Positions 50,188 to 61,141 of a DNA stretch of 64,000 bases are shown piece by piece. This DNA comes from Gaiellaceae bacterium (lineage in GTDB: Bacteria; Actinomycetota; Thermoleophilia; Gaiellales; Gaiellaceae), in contig DASUJY010000072.1 of NCBI GenBank assembly GCA_036279015.1, positions 962-64,961 of the forward strand, written 5' to 3'. The translations under genes and the position numbers were made by a program. Position 1 is the stretch's first letter. Each line of letters starts with the position of its first letter. Below the pieces are notes generated by a model. It was not told where the DNA came from. It saw nothing but the letters and a program-made list of their open reading frames with translations, and searched no databases.

Positions 50188-51135
50188 TTAGCGGAATGCG
50201 ATCTTGCGTGCCTCCACGACTTGTGAGTCGTGCAACGCGGTCGTGCAGCCGCCCACGGTGTAGAGCGTGCCGTCGATCGCAAACGCCTTGAGACCGTGCC
50301 TCGCGACGAGCGGCTCGGGGCCCTGGCGCCACTCGCCGGTGCGCGTGTCGTAGATCTGATACGTGTGCTCCCAGATGGTGTGGATCTCGGAGCCGGAGAC
50401 AGCCGTCCCGTTCAGCTCCATCGGCTTCGGCATCGTCGGCCCTGCGCGCCATTTCGACGACCGAGCATCGAAGATCCAGACGTCGCGAAGCGTCTCCTCG
50501 CCGCGGCGCCCGCCGAAGGTCCAGATCTCGCCGCCGAAGGCGACCGCGCCGAACGTGTGGTTCGGGATCGGCATCGGCGTCGACCGGCTCCACGAATCGG
50601 TGTCCGGGTCGTAGACGTAGACGGTCCGCCGCTCCTTGCCGCCCTCGAAGCCGCCGAGGACGTAGATCTTCCCGCCCAGCGCGACCGCCGCCTCGTTGAA
50701 GAGCGGCTCCGGCAGGGGAGCGCGGTCCTCCCAGCGCCCCGCCGCGACGTCGTAGGCGAGCACCCGGCGCGTGACGCCGCTCTCGACCTGCCCGCCGAAG
50801 ACGTAGACCTCGCCGTCGAGCGCGGTGCCGGCCGCCGCGCGCGTCGGGTCGGGCAGGCGCGTCAGCGTCGTCCAGGTGTTCTTCTTCGGGTCGAAGCGCT
50901 GGAAGGTGGCGAGGAAGCGCCCCGTCTCGCCCACCATCCCGCCCGCCGCGTAGATCTTTCCGTCCAGCTCCGACGCGGCGATGTAGCTCCGCCGCTGGGA
51001 CATCGAGGCGGCGTAGGTCCACGGCGCATCCATGGCGCCCGCCTGCGCGGCGTCGCCGGAACCCCGCGTCCCGAGAATGCCCGCGACCGCGACCACGACG
51101 ACCGAGGCAAGGGCGACGGTGACGACCGTCTTCAT
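50188..51135 (-). CDS. secreted or membrane-anchored Kelch-repeat beta-propeller protein
   Basis: N-terminal hydrophobic signal/anchor. Repeated G-KIY/VYV-GG...W units (KIYAAGG, EVYVFGG, KIYVLGG, EIWTFGG, TLYTVGG). Confidence 0.8.
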   Translation of the reverse strand: MKTVVTVALASVVVVAVAGILGTRGSGDAAQAGAMDAPWTYAASMSQRRSYIAASELDGKIYAAGGMVGETGRFLATFQRFDPKKNTWTTLTRLPDPTRAAAGTALDGEVYVFGGQVESGVTRRVLAYDVAAGRWEDRAPLPEPLFNEAAVALGGKIYVLGGFEGGKERRTVYVYDPDTDSWSRSTPMPIPNHTFGAVAFGGEIWTFGGRRGEETLRDVWIFDARSSKWRAGPTMPKPMELNGTAVSGSEIHTIWEHTYQIYDTRTGEWRQGPEPLVARHGLKAFAIDGTLYTVGGCTTALHDSQVVEARKIAFR

Positions 51136-51160
51136 CTCAAGGAGTAGGACGCGCGGACCG

Positions 51161-52050
51161 TTACTGCGTTAGCGCGTCGGCGCCCGCGACGACCTCGAGG
51201 ATCTCCTGCGTGATCTCGGCCTGGCGCGCCCGGTTCATGTCCAGCGTGAGCCGGTCGATCAGCTCGCCGGCGTTCTTGGAGGCATTCCGCATCGCGGTCA
51301 TGCGCGCCCCGTGCTCCGAGGCGGCCGACTCGAGGAGCGCGCGGTACACCGTCGTCTCGAGGTAGGTCGGCAGGAGCCGCGTCAGGATCTCCTCCGGCTC
51401 CGGTTCGTAGATGAAATCGCCCTCGAGCGCGATCTCGTAGGACGACTTCTCCTCCTCGTCCTCGAGCGCCGTACGCGGGATGGGGAGCACGTCCTCCACG
51501 ACGACGCGCTGGGTGAGGGCCGACTTGTAGTGGTTGTAGACGATCACGACCCGGTCGACCTCGCGCTCGATGTACAGCTCGGCCAGGCAGTGGGCGATCG
51601 AGACCGCGTCCGAGTACTCGGGCCGGTCGGTGAAGTCGACCCAGGCCTGGGCGACGTCGTAGCGGCGAAAGCGAAGCGACGAGCGGCCCTTCTTCCCGAC
51701 CACGACCCAGCGTGCGCTCTGGCCCTCCGCGCGCGCCTCGCGCTCGAGCGCGAAGGCTCGGCGGAGAATCTGCGCGTTGAAGGCGCCGGCAAGCCCGCGG
51801 TCGCCCGTGATGGGGAGGATGGCGACCGTCTGCACCTCGCGTTCCTCGAGGAGCGGGAACTGGCGCGACGGCGTCGCGCGGGCGGTCCCGATCATGAGCT
51901 CGCGCATGCGGTCGGCATAGGGGCGCAGGGCCTCGATGCGGGCCTCGGCTCGGCGGAGCTTCGCCGCGGCGACGAGCTCCATCGCCTTCGTGATCTTGCG
52001 CGTGTTGCGGACGGAGCGAAGCCGCCGTTTGATGTCCTGGACGGTGGCCA

Positions 52051-52051
<1 letters not shown>
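51161..52051 (-). CDS. atpG: F1 ATP synthase subunit gamma
   Basis: VATVQDIKRRLRSVRNTRKITKAMELVAAAKLRRAE..., C-terminal ITQEILEVVAGA. GTG start in a TAGTG overlap with atpA. Confidence 0.94.
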
Positions 52052-53592
<1,541 letters not shown>

Positions 53593-53610
53593 AATCTCTC
53601 CTTCGCGGTT

Positions 53611-54141
53611 CTAGCGGTTGATCAGTTCTTCACGGAGCTGCCCGAGGCGGCCGCGCACGCTCGCGTCGGCGCGCACCGAGCCGGCCTGGACAACGAGGCC
53701 GCCGATGATGTCCGGGTCGACGGTGCGCGTCGCGACGACGCGGCGTCCGGAGGCCTCCTCGATCTGCTTCACGACCTTCGCAGCCTCCTCGTCCGAGAGC
53801 TCGACCGCGGTCGTCAGCTCGAGCTCGAGCACACGCTCCTCGCGCGCGAGCAGCCGTCCGAACTCCTCGTGGACGTCCGCGACCTCGGCGATCCGGCCCT
53901 TCTCGGCGAGCAGGTGTAGGAAGTTCGAGAAGAGCTCCTCGCCTCCGGAGATGAGGTCGTCGAGCACCGCCACCTTGGTCTCGCTCTCGATCTGCGGGTT
54001 GCGGAGGAAGCCGCGCAGCTCGTCCGACTCGGCGAGCGCGGCGGCGAACGCGTCGAACTCTCCGCGCACGGGCGCGAGACGGTCCTTGCCCTTCGCCGCC
54101 TCGAGCAGAGCCTCGGCGTACACGCGGTGGGCGACGGCCAC
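53611..54141 (-). CDS. atpH: F1 ATP synthase subunit delta (OSCP)
   Basis: RVYAEALLEAA start, C-terminal DPDIIGGLVVQAGSVRADASVRGRL. Confidence 0.9.
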   Translation of the reverse strand: MAVAHRVYAEALLEAAKGKDRLAPVRGEFDAFAAALAESDELRGFLRNPQIESETKVAVLDDLISGGEELFSNFLHLLAEKGRIAEVADVHEEFGRLLAREERVLELELTTAVELSDEEAAKVVKQIEEASGRRVVATRTVDPDIIGGLVVQAGSVRADASVRGRLGQLREELINR

Positions 54142-54659
54142 TAGTTCTCCGAGACCAGCTTCTTGACGTCGACCTCTTCGATCGTCTCGTCGATCAGCCG
54201 GCGCTGGTCGTCGGCGTCGAGGGACTTTCCCGTCACCTTCTCCGCCGCGAGGAGCGTCAGCTCGACGACGTCGCGGCGGATCTGCTCGGCCATGCGCCGG
54301 TTCTCGGCCTCGATCTCGCGCCTGTTCTCCTCGAGGCGGCGCTTGAGGTCCTCGTCGGCCTGGGCGCGGGACTGCTCGAGCTGCGCCTTCCCCTGGCGCC
54401 GGCTCTCCTCGAGGATGCGCTCGCGCTCGGCCTTCGCGTCCTCGCGCTCCTGATGAGTCAGCTCGCGGAGCTCGCGCGCTTCCTGCCGCGCCTTGTCGGC
54501 CTCGTCGAGCGCCTCGCGGATGCGGTCGCGGCGCTGGTCGATCATCCCCTGGATCCGCCCGAACGCGAGCCTGCGCAAGAGGTAGAAGGTGATCCCGAAC
54601 GTGATCACCGTCCAGACCATGAGGCCCGGGACGACGGAGATGAGGTCTGCGAAGAGCAT
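54141..54659 (-). CDS. atpF: Fo ATP synthase subunit b
   Basis: Single N-terminal TM followed by a long charged coiled coil. ATG 54659 in a TGATG overlap with atpE. Confidence 0.88.
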   Translation of the reverse strand: MLFADLISVVPGLMVWTVITFGITFYLLRRLAFGRIQGMIDQRRDRIREALDEADKARQEARELRELTHQEREDAKAERERILEESRRQGKAQLEQSRAQADEDLKRRLEENRREIEAENRRMAEQIRRDVVELTLLAAEKVTGKSLDADDQRRLIDETIEEVDVKKLVSEN

Positions 54660-54919
54660 CAAACGAGCACGTAGGCCAGGAGCCCGCCGAGGAGCGCGTA
54701 GAAGACGACGGCTTCGGTGAGCGCGAAGCCGAGCCACTGGATGCCGGTGAGCTCGCCCCGGAGCTCGGGCTGGCGGGCGACCGCCTGGATCATCGAGCCG
54801 AAGATGTTGCCGATGCCGATCCCGGCGCCGACGGCGCCGAGCCCGACCCCGACGCCGAAGGCGATCGCCTTGCCGAGATCGCTGAGGTCACCGGTGGTCT
54901 GTGCGAGAAGTGTGGTCAC
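54659..54919 (-). CDS. atpE: Fo ATP synthase subunit c
   Basis: Hairpin with a Gly-rich helix 1 (GVGLGAVGAGIGIG), loop ARQPE, and the ion-binding Glu in FALTEAV. Confidence 0.93.
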   Translation of the reverse strand: MTTLLAQTTGDLSDLGKAIAFGVGVGLGAVGAGIGIGNIFGSMIQAVARQPELRGELTGIQWLGFALTEAVVFYALLGGLLAYVLV

Positions 54920-54932
54920 TCTTTCCTCCTAG

Positions 54933-55760
54933 TTAATGCTCGGGTTCGATGGCGCCGCCGATGTAGATGGCGGAGAGAAGGGCGAAGACGAAGGCCTGGA
55001 TCGTGACCACGATCGCGACCTCGAAGATGTAGACAGCCGTCGCCACGGGAACTGAGATGACGGCGATTGCGTAGGACTCGAAGATGAAGATCAGTCCGAT
55101 CATGACGAGGATCAGCATGTGGCCGGCGAGCATGTTGGCGAAGAGCCGGACGGAGAGCGAGACGAGGCGCATGAACTGGGAGATGACTTCGAGCGGCACG
55201 ATCAAGCCGAGGAGCGGCTTCGGCGCGCCCTGCGGAATCCAGCTCCTGAAGTAGCGGGAGGGGCCGTTGAACCTGATGCCCTCGAAGTGGGTGGCGACGA
55301 ACGTGATCAGCGCGAGCGCGAGCGTGACCGACAGGTTCGCGGTCGCCGCGTAGATCCCCCACGTGGGGAGCTCCACCCCCGCCACGTGGAAGTGCTCGTT
55401 CGAGATCGGCAAGGGGATGAAGCCGATGAGGTTGAGGATGAAGATGAAGAGGAAGAGCGAGGCCACGTACGGAAACCACGTCCCGATCGCCTTCGACGGC
55501 AGGCTGCCCTCGGCGATCTGTCCCTGGATCAGCTCGTAAACCGACTCGCCGGTCGTCTGGCGGCGGCTCGGACGCAGCGAGAGCCCGAAGCGCATGATCC
55601 AGACGCCGAGGAGGACCGTGACGGCCGCGCCGACCCAGAGGTAGACGACGGCCTTGTTGATCGACATGTCGAGCGGGCCCAGATGGATCGAGATCCAGGC
55701 CGGGAGGTCGAACTCCTCCTGCGGCTTGAAGTCCTCGGTGGCAGCGAGGAGCAGGGTCAC
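54933..55760 (-). CDS. atpB: Fo ATP synthase subunit a
   Basis: Conserved LSVRLFANMLAGH (essential Arg). Polytopic membrane protein. Confidence 0.93.
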   Translation of the reverse strand: MTLLLAATEDFKPQEEFDLPAWISIHLGPLDMSINKAVVYLWVGAAVTVLLGVWIMRFGLSLRPSRRQTTGESVYELIQGQIAEGSLPSKAIGTWFPYVASLFLFIFILNLIGFIPLPISNEHFHVAGVELPTWGIYAATANLSVTLALALITFVATHFEGIRFNGPSRYFRSWIPQGAPKPLLGLIVPLEVISQFMRLVSLSVRLFANMLAGHMLILVMIGLIFIFESYAIAVISVPVATAVYIFEVAIVVTIQAFVFALLSAIYIGGAIEPEH

Positions 55761-56149
55761 CGTCTCGGCTCCCCGGAGAAGTAGAGCGTGAGGCTGAGCC
55801 CGAGCTCGAGCGAGTAGGCGGCCGCGTAGACGAGCGCGCCGGCGATGGCGAGCGACGGGCTCGACGCGGCGACGGCGACCGCGACGATCATCAGGAGGAT
55901 CCCGCGCGCCATCATCCCGAAGGCGACGACCCCGGAGCCGCGCAGGTTCGGCTCGCCGATCCCGACCCGCGCGAAGAGCGCCCCGAGGAGCTGGCTCGCG
56001 GCCCAGAGGACTGCGCCGAGGAGCCAGCCGCGAAGCGGCCAGCCGGCGACCACGAAGATCGGCAGCGCGAGGGCGACCACCGCTCCGCCGGCGACGACCG
56101 GCAGGCGGCGCTCGGGCAGCGGGCGCGGGCTGAGAACGACGCCGGGCAC
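55757..56149 (-). CDS. hydrophobic AtpI-like protein preceding atpB
   Basis: 130 aa with about four TM segments. GTG 56149 in a TAGTG overlap. The position is typical of atpI. Confidence 0.55.
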   Translation of the reverse strand: MPGVVLSPRPLPERRLPVVAGGAVVALALPIFVVAGWPLRGWLLGAVLWAASQLLGALFARVGIGEPNLRGSGVVAFGMMARGILLMIVAVAVAASSPSLAIAGALVYAAAYSLELGLSLTLYFSGEPRR

Positions 56150-56358
56150 TAGTACGAATCCTTGTAGCGGCTGTACACGGAGAGGATCGCGGCGGGGATG
56201 CCGATCACCGCGCCGATCGCGATTCCGATCCCGACAGAGCCCGCGGCGAGTCCGACGAGCGCGCCTACGCCGACGCATGCGAAGAGCACACCGGCGAGAA
56301 GCGCTCCGGCGCCAAGTGGGTCGATCGAAGTGCGGCCTGCCGCCACGTCCGCCAGCAT
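56149..56358 (-). CDS. AtpZ/AtpI-family small membrane protein
   Basis: 69 aa with two Gly/Ala-rich TM helices and a basic C-terminus (SVYSRYKDSY). First gene of the atp cluster. Confidence 0.6.
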   Translation of the reverse strand: MLADVAAGRTSIDPLGAGALLAGVLFACVGVGALVGLAAGSVGIGIAIGAVIGIPAAILSVYSRYKDSY

Positions 56359-56415
56359 CTTAGTCGCCCCTAGCGTAGCAGCGGACTCGACTTCGTGACA
56401 ACGAAAACGGCCTAA

Positions 56416-57552
56416 CTAAGCGGAAATCGCCTTACTTTGTTCAGCCTTCGCCTCGCGCCGGCGCTCGGCCCAGGCGCGTACGCGGCTCAGCTTCAGGATC
56501 TCGAGGACCATGACGATGTAGAGCGTCGCGCCGACAGCGGTGGCGCCGACGAGAGCGACGACGACCGTCGGCCAGAGATGCCATTCGCCCGCCTCGCGGA
56601 AGGGCACGAAGCGGGTCGCGAGGGCGGCCCCTCCGAGGACCGCGCACCACGTGTAGAGGTAGAGGACGGCCCGGCGCTGCCCGAAGCCTCGTCGCAGGAA
56701 GCGGTGGTGCAAGTGCGCCTGGTCGGGGAGGTAGAGCGGCTCGTGGTGCTTGATCCGTCGCAGGACGACGAATGACGTGTCGAGGATCGGGACCGCGAGC
56801 GCGAAGAGCGGGAAGAAGAGTGCGACCGTAGCGGCCGTCTTCAGGAGGCCCTGGATCGAGACCGTGGCGAGCAGGAAGCCGAGCAGGAGCGCGCCGGAGT
56901 CTCCCATGAAGATCCGCGCGGGATAGAAGTTGTGGCGCAGGAACCCCAGGCAGCCGCCCGCGATGATCGCCGACAGCACTGCCGCCCCGGGCTTCCCCAG
57001 CGAGAGCGCGATGATGGAGAACGTGATGCCCGAGATCCCGCAGATCCCGGCGGCGAGGCCGTCGAGGCCGTCGAGGAAGTTGACCATGTTCATGATCGCG
57101 ACGATCCAGACGAAGCTGAGGGCCACGCCGGCCCAGAAGGGCAGGTCGTGGATCCCGACGACCGGAAAGGTGAAGCGGTCGATGCGGACGCCGAAGTCGA
57201 TCGCGATCGCGGCCGCCCCCGACTGACCGGCGAGCTTCACCCACCAGGGGAGGCCGCGGAAGTCGTCCGCCATGCCGAGCGTGGTCGCGAGCGCGGCGCC
57301 GAGCAGGATCCCGCGGTAGGGCCCGGAGAGGTCGAGGAACGCGAGCGAGGGGACGAAGACGCCGAGGAAGAGCGCGAGGCCGCCCAGGCGCGGGACGGCC
57401 TGGAGGTGGATCCGCCTGCGCTCGAGCGGCTCGTCGACGATCCCGAGCACGCGCGCCACGCGCCCGACCGCGGGCGTGAGGACGAGCACGACCGCGAGGG
57501 CGACGAGAAAGCCCCAGAGCACGTCCAGGTGGTTGCGAAATGTCTCCCACAC
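56416..57552 (-). CDS. undecaprenyl-phosphate N-acetylhexosamine-1-phosphate transferase (MraY/WecA/TagO family, GT4)
   Basis: MADDFRG, NMVNFLDGLDGLA, FMGDSG, HLHH motifs. Polytopic membrane protein. Confidence 0.9.
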   Translation of the reverse strand: MWETFRNHLDVLWGFLVALAVVLVLTPAVGRVARVLGIVDEPLERRRIHLQAVPRLGGLALFLGVFVPSLAFLDLSGPYRGILLGAALATTLGMADDFRGLPWWVKLAGQSGAAAIAIDFGVRIDRFTFPVVGIHDLPFWAGVALSFVWIVAIMNMVNFLDGLDGLAAGICGISGITFSIIALSLGKPGAAVLSAIIAGGCLGFLRHNFYPARIFMGDSGALLLGFLLATVSIQGLLKTAATVALFFPLFALAVPILDTSFVVLRRIKHHEPLYLPDQAHLHHRFLRRGFGQRRAVLYLYTWCAVLGGAALATRFVPFREAGEWHLWPTVVVALVGATAVGATLYIVMVLEILKLSRVRAWAERRREAKAEQSKAISA

Positions 57553-57554
57553 GG

Positions 57555-58196
57555 CTACTTCGTCCCGTAGAGGCGGTCGCCCGCGTCGCCGAGGCCGGGC
57601 ACGATGTAGCCCTTCTCGTTGAGCGCGCGATCGACGGCGGCCACGACGACCGTCACGTCGGGATGCTCGGAGTGCAGCCGCTCGATGCCCTCGGGCGCCG
57701 CGATGATCGCGATCAGGCGCACGGAGGTGGCGCCCGCGCTCTTCACCGTCGCGACGGCGGCCGAGGTCGAGTTTCCCGTCGCGAGCATGGGGTCGAGCAG
57801 GATGACGTCCCGCTCGGCCACGTCTGCGGGGAGCTTCACGTAGTACTCGACCGGCTCGAGCGTCTCCTCGTTCCGGTAGAGGCCGATGAATCCCACACGC
57901 GCGCCGGAGATGAGGCTGAGGACGCCGTCGAGCATGCCGATCCCCGCGCGGAGGATGGGGCAGACCGCCACCTTCTTGCCGGAGATCCGCTGCACCGTCG
58001 TGCGCTCGAGCGGCGTCTCGATCTCGACCTCCTCGGTGGCGAGCTCCTTCGTCGCCTCGTAGGTGAGCAGGAGCGTGAGCTCGTCGACGAGCTGGCGGAA
58101 GAGGTGCGTGGGCGTCGCGGTGTCGCGGAGGAGCCCGAGCTTGTGCTGCACGAGCGGGTGATCGACGACGACGAGGTTCCGGGTCGCGACGCTCAT
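57555..58196 (-). CDS. upp: uracil phosphoribosyltransferase
   Basis: [52 protein letters not shown] overlap with glyA. Confidence 0.95.
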   Translation of the reverse strand: MSVATRNLVVVDHPLVQHKLGLLRDTATPTHLFRQLVDELTLLLTYEATKELATEEVEIETPLERTTVQRISGKKVAVCPILRAGIGMLDGVLSLISGARVGFIGLYRNEETLEPVEYYVKLPADVAERDVILLDPMLATGNSTSAAVATVKSAGATSVRLIAIIAAPEGIERLHSEHPDVTVVVAAVDRALNEKGYIVPGLGDAGDRLYGTK

Positions 58197-59485
58197 GCGT
58201 CGTAGCTCGTGTAGCCCCGGAAGCCGGGGTAGAGCGGCCGCTTCTCGCAGAGCGCTTCGCTTCGGGCCCGGAGCGCCGACAGGTCGGGGTCGGAGCCGAG
58301 CGCGCCGGCGATGATCTCCCCCACCTCGCGAAGGTCGTCCTCGTCGAAGCCGCGCATCGTGACGGCGGGCGTGCCGAGGCGGACGCCCGAGGCCTCCATC
58401 GGCGGGCGCTCGTCGAAGGGGACGGTGTTGCGGTTGGCGGTGATCTTGACCTCGTGCAGCCGTTCCTCCGCCGCCTTGCCCGACCACTCGCCGCCGCGCA
58501 GGTCCATCTGGAGGAGGTGCGTGTCGGTACCGCCGGTGAGGACGTCGAGCTCGTTCGCCATCAGCGTGTCGGCGAGCGCGTCGGCGTTGGCACGGATCTG
58601 CTTCTGATAGTCGCGGAAGGGCTCGGAGCCGGCGATCTTGAAGCAGGCCGCCTTGCCGGCGATCACGTGCAGAAGGGGGCCACCCTGCATCCCCGGGAAG
58701 ACCGCCTTGTCGAGCGCCTGGGCGTGTTCCTCCTTGCAGAGGACGAAGCCCGCGCGCGGGCCGGCGAGGGTCTTGTGCGTCGTCGAGGTGACGAAGTCGC
58801 AGTGGGGCGTCGGGTTCGGATGGAGCCCGGCCGCGACGAGGCCCGCGAAGTGCGCCATGTCGCAGAGGAGGAGCGCGCCGATCTCGTCGGCGATCGCGCG
58901 GAAGCGGTCGGCCTCGATGGTGCGCGGGTACGCAGAGCCGCCGCAGACGATCAGCTTCGGCCGGTGCTCCTTCGCGAGACGCAGGACCTCGTCGAAGTCG
59001 ACGCGGAAGGTCTTGCGGTCGACGCCGTAGCCGACGAACTCGTAGAGCTTGCCGGAGAAGTTGACCTTGAGCCCGTGGGTCAGGTGGCCGCCGTGGTCGA
59101 GGCGCATGGCGAGCACGGTGTCGCCGGGATCGAGGCAGCTGAAGTAGACGGCCATGTTCGTCTGCGCGCCCGCGTGGGGCTGGACGTTCGCGTGCTCGGC
59201 GTCGAAGAGGGCCTTGGCGCGGTCGATGGCGAGCTGCTCGATCTCGTCCACGACCTCGCAGCCGCCGTAGTAGCGCCGGCCCGGATAGCCCTCGGCGTAC
59301 TTGTTCGTGGGCACGCTCCCCATTGCCTCGAAAACGCTCGGCCAGGTGAAGTTCTCGGATGCGATGAGCTCGATCTGGCCGCGCTGTCGCTCGAGCTCTC
59401 GCTCGATCAGGGCCGCGGTGTCGGGATCGATCTCGGCCAGCCCGGCCCGCTGGAGCTCCTGGAGCGTCTCCTGCGCGATCGCCAC
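58193..59485 (-). CDS. glyA: serine hydroxymethyltransferase
   Basis: LIASENF, YYGG, and the PLP site [12 protein letters not shown]. Confidence 0.97.
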   Translation of the reverse strand: MAIAQETLQELQRAGLAEIDPDTAALIERELERQRGQIELIASENFTWPSVFEAMGSVPTNKYAEGYPGRRYYGGCEVVDEIEQLAIDRAKALFDAEHANVQPHAGAQTNMAVYFSCLDPGDTVLAMRLDHGGHLTHGLKVNFSGKLYEFVGYGVDRKTFRVDFDEVLRLAKEHRPKLIVCGGSAYPRTIEADRFRAIADEIGALLLCDMAHFAGLVAAGLHPNPTPHCDFVTSTTHKTLAGPRAGFVLCKEEHAQALDKAVFPGMQGGPLLHVIAGKAACFKIAGSEPFRDYQKQIRANADALADTLMANELDVLTGGTDTHLLQMDLRGGEWSGKAAEERLHEVKITANRNTVPFDERPPMEASGVRLGTPAVTMRGFDEDDLREVGEIIAGALGSDPDLSALRARSEALCEKRPLYPGFRGYTSYDA

Positions 59486-59519
59486 GGGGCCACCTTACCG
59501 CGTGATCCGGCCGCGGGCT

Positions 59520-60149
59520 TCAGGCCGAGACCGCAGCCGTGATCGCCGCGAGCGCGTCCACGGCCGGGACGGCTCCCTCGCGCAGGATGCGCGGCTCCGG
59601 GCTGGTGAGATCGACGACGGTGGACGGGGTTCCGGGCAGCCTGCCGGCGTCGACGACGGCTCCCACGCCGCCGCGGATGGTGTCCGGGATCTCCTCGACC
59701 GCAGCGGGGTCGGGTCCGTCGTGGAGGTTCGCGCTCGTCGCGGCGACGGCGCCAAAGCGCTCGAGAACGGCTCGGGTCTCGGGCGGGAGCTCGGGGACGC
59801 GGACGCCGATCGTCTCCGGGCTGGTCCCGGTCAGCCAGCGGTAGCGCCGGGCGGGGTTCGGGAGGACGAGGGTGAACGGGCCTGGAAGGAGCGCGCGCGC
59901 GAGCACGGCGGCGCGGCCGCGGAGCTCGGGCACGGCGTCGAGGACGGCCTCGAGGTCGGCCGCGACGAGCGCCACGGGCATCTCGGGCGACCGCTCCTTC
60001 AGGCGCGAGAGCGCCCGAACGGGCGCCTCGTGGTACGGGTCGGCGCAGAGCCCGTACACCGTGTCCGTCGGCAGAACGACCGGCTGCCCGGCGCGCAGCG
60101 CCGCCACCGCCTCGTCCGCTCCGGACATCGGGGTCTGACCCCCTGACAT
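59520..60149 (-). CDS. tsaC: L-threonylcarbamoyladenylate synthase (Sua5/YrdC/YwlC family)
   Basis: LRAGQPVVLPTDTVYGLCAD, ATSANL, STVVDL. The start is ATG 60149 or ATG 60128. Confidence 0.85.
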   Translation of the reverse strand: MSGGQTPMSGADEAVAALRAGQPVVLPTDTVYGLCADPYHEAPVRALSRLKERSPEMPVALVAADLEAVLDAVPELRGRAAVLARALLPGPFTLVLPNPARRYRWLTGTSPETIGVRVPELPPETRAVLERFGAVAATSANLHDGPDPAAVEEIPDTIRGGVGAVVDAGRLPGTPSTVVDLTSPEPRILREGAVPAVDALAAITAAVSA

Positions 60150-60251
60150 GGCTCTGAGGGACACGGGGTCGGATTCTGCCCGCCCAAGGCACCAGCTGCC
60201 AACGCAAGAGCGGATGGGAGGTTGCCAGACGGACATGCCCCGACCGGCCAT

Positions 60252-60274
60252 GCCCCGGGGTCTGACCCCGGGGC
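60252..60274 (-). terminator. 9-bp GC hairpin just after prmC
   Basis: GCCCCGGGG-tctga-CCCCGGGGC, 8 nt downstream of the prmC TAA, with no U-tract. The core GGGGTCTGACCCC recurs at 60130-60142. Confidence 0.35.
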
Positions 60275-60281
60275 ACGTCCC

Positions 60282-61133
60282 TTAGGGCCAGGTGGCCTCG
60301 ACGACGCGGGGACGGCCCGCGAGGTCCGGCGTCTGCACGACCTCGGCGTAGCCGAGTCCGGAGAGCGAGGCCGCCAGGGCGGGTGCCTGCCCGTCGCCGC
60401 ACTCGAGGACGAGCCGGCCGCCGGCGCGTAGGACCGAGCGCGCCTGCCCGGCGATCGCCTCCCCCACCCCCTCGCCGACGAGTGCGTCGCGGGGCTCGTA
60501 GAGGCGGATCTCGGGCTGGAGCATCTCGTACTCCTCGGGCGTGACGTAGGGCGGGTTCGAGACGACGAGGTCGAAGGCCCCCTCGACTCCGGCCAGGAGG
60601 TCGCCCTCGGCGAGCCGGACCCGCCCGTCCGCGGACAGACGAGCGAAATTCTCCCGAGCGAGCACCAGCGTCGCCGCGGAGCGCTCCACGCCGAGAACGG
60701 AAGCGCCGGGGTGCTCGTCGGCGATCGCGAGCGCGATCGCGCCGGAGCCGACGCCGACGTCGAGGACGCGTGGCGCCTCGAGGTCCCGGAGCCACGCGAG
60801 GCACCGCTCGACGACGACCTCGGTCTCCGGCCGCGGCACGAGCGCGCGCCCGTCGATCCGAAGCGCGAGCCGCCGGAATCCCCATTCGCCCAGGACGTAG
60901 GCGAGCGGCTCGCGCGCCACGCGGCGCGCGACGAGCGGGCGCAGCCGGCGCAGCTCGAAGTGGGTGACGTCGCGCCCCGAGGCGTAGAGCTCCGAGCGGG
61001 CGAGACCCAGGACCTCGGCGACGAGTATCTCCGCGTCGACGCGCGGCGAGGGTACGCCGGCAGCGTCCAGCTCGCGCTCGACCTCGCGGACCACGTCCAG
61101 GGGCACGACGACCCTTTGGGACGACACGGGCAC
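60282..61133 (-). CDS. prmC: release-factor glutamine N5-methyltransferase
   Basis: VLDVGVGSGAIALAIA, canonical VVSNPPYV, immediately downstream of prfA. Confidence 0.93.
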   Translation of the reverse strand: MPVSSQRVVVPLDVVREVERELDAAGVPSPRVDAEILVAEVLGLARSELYASGRDVTHFELRRLRPLVARRVAREPLAYVLGEWGFRRLALRIDGRALVPRPETEVVVERCLAWLRDLEAPRVLDVGVGSGAIALAIADEHPGASVLGVERSAATLVLARENFARLSADGRVRLAEGDLLAGVEGAFDLVVSNPPYVTPEEYEMLQPEIRLYEPRDALVGEGVGEAIAGQARSVLRAGGRLVLECGDGQAPALAASLSGLGYAEVVQTPDLAGRPRVVEATWP

Positions 61134-61141
61134 TTCGGTTC

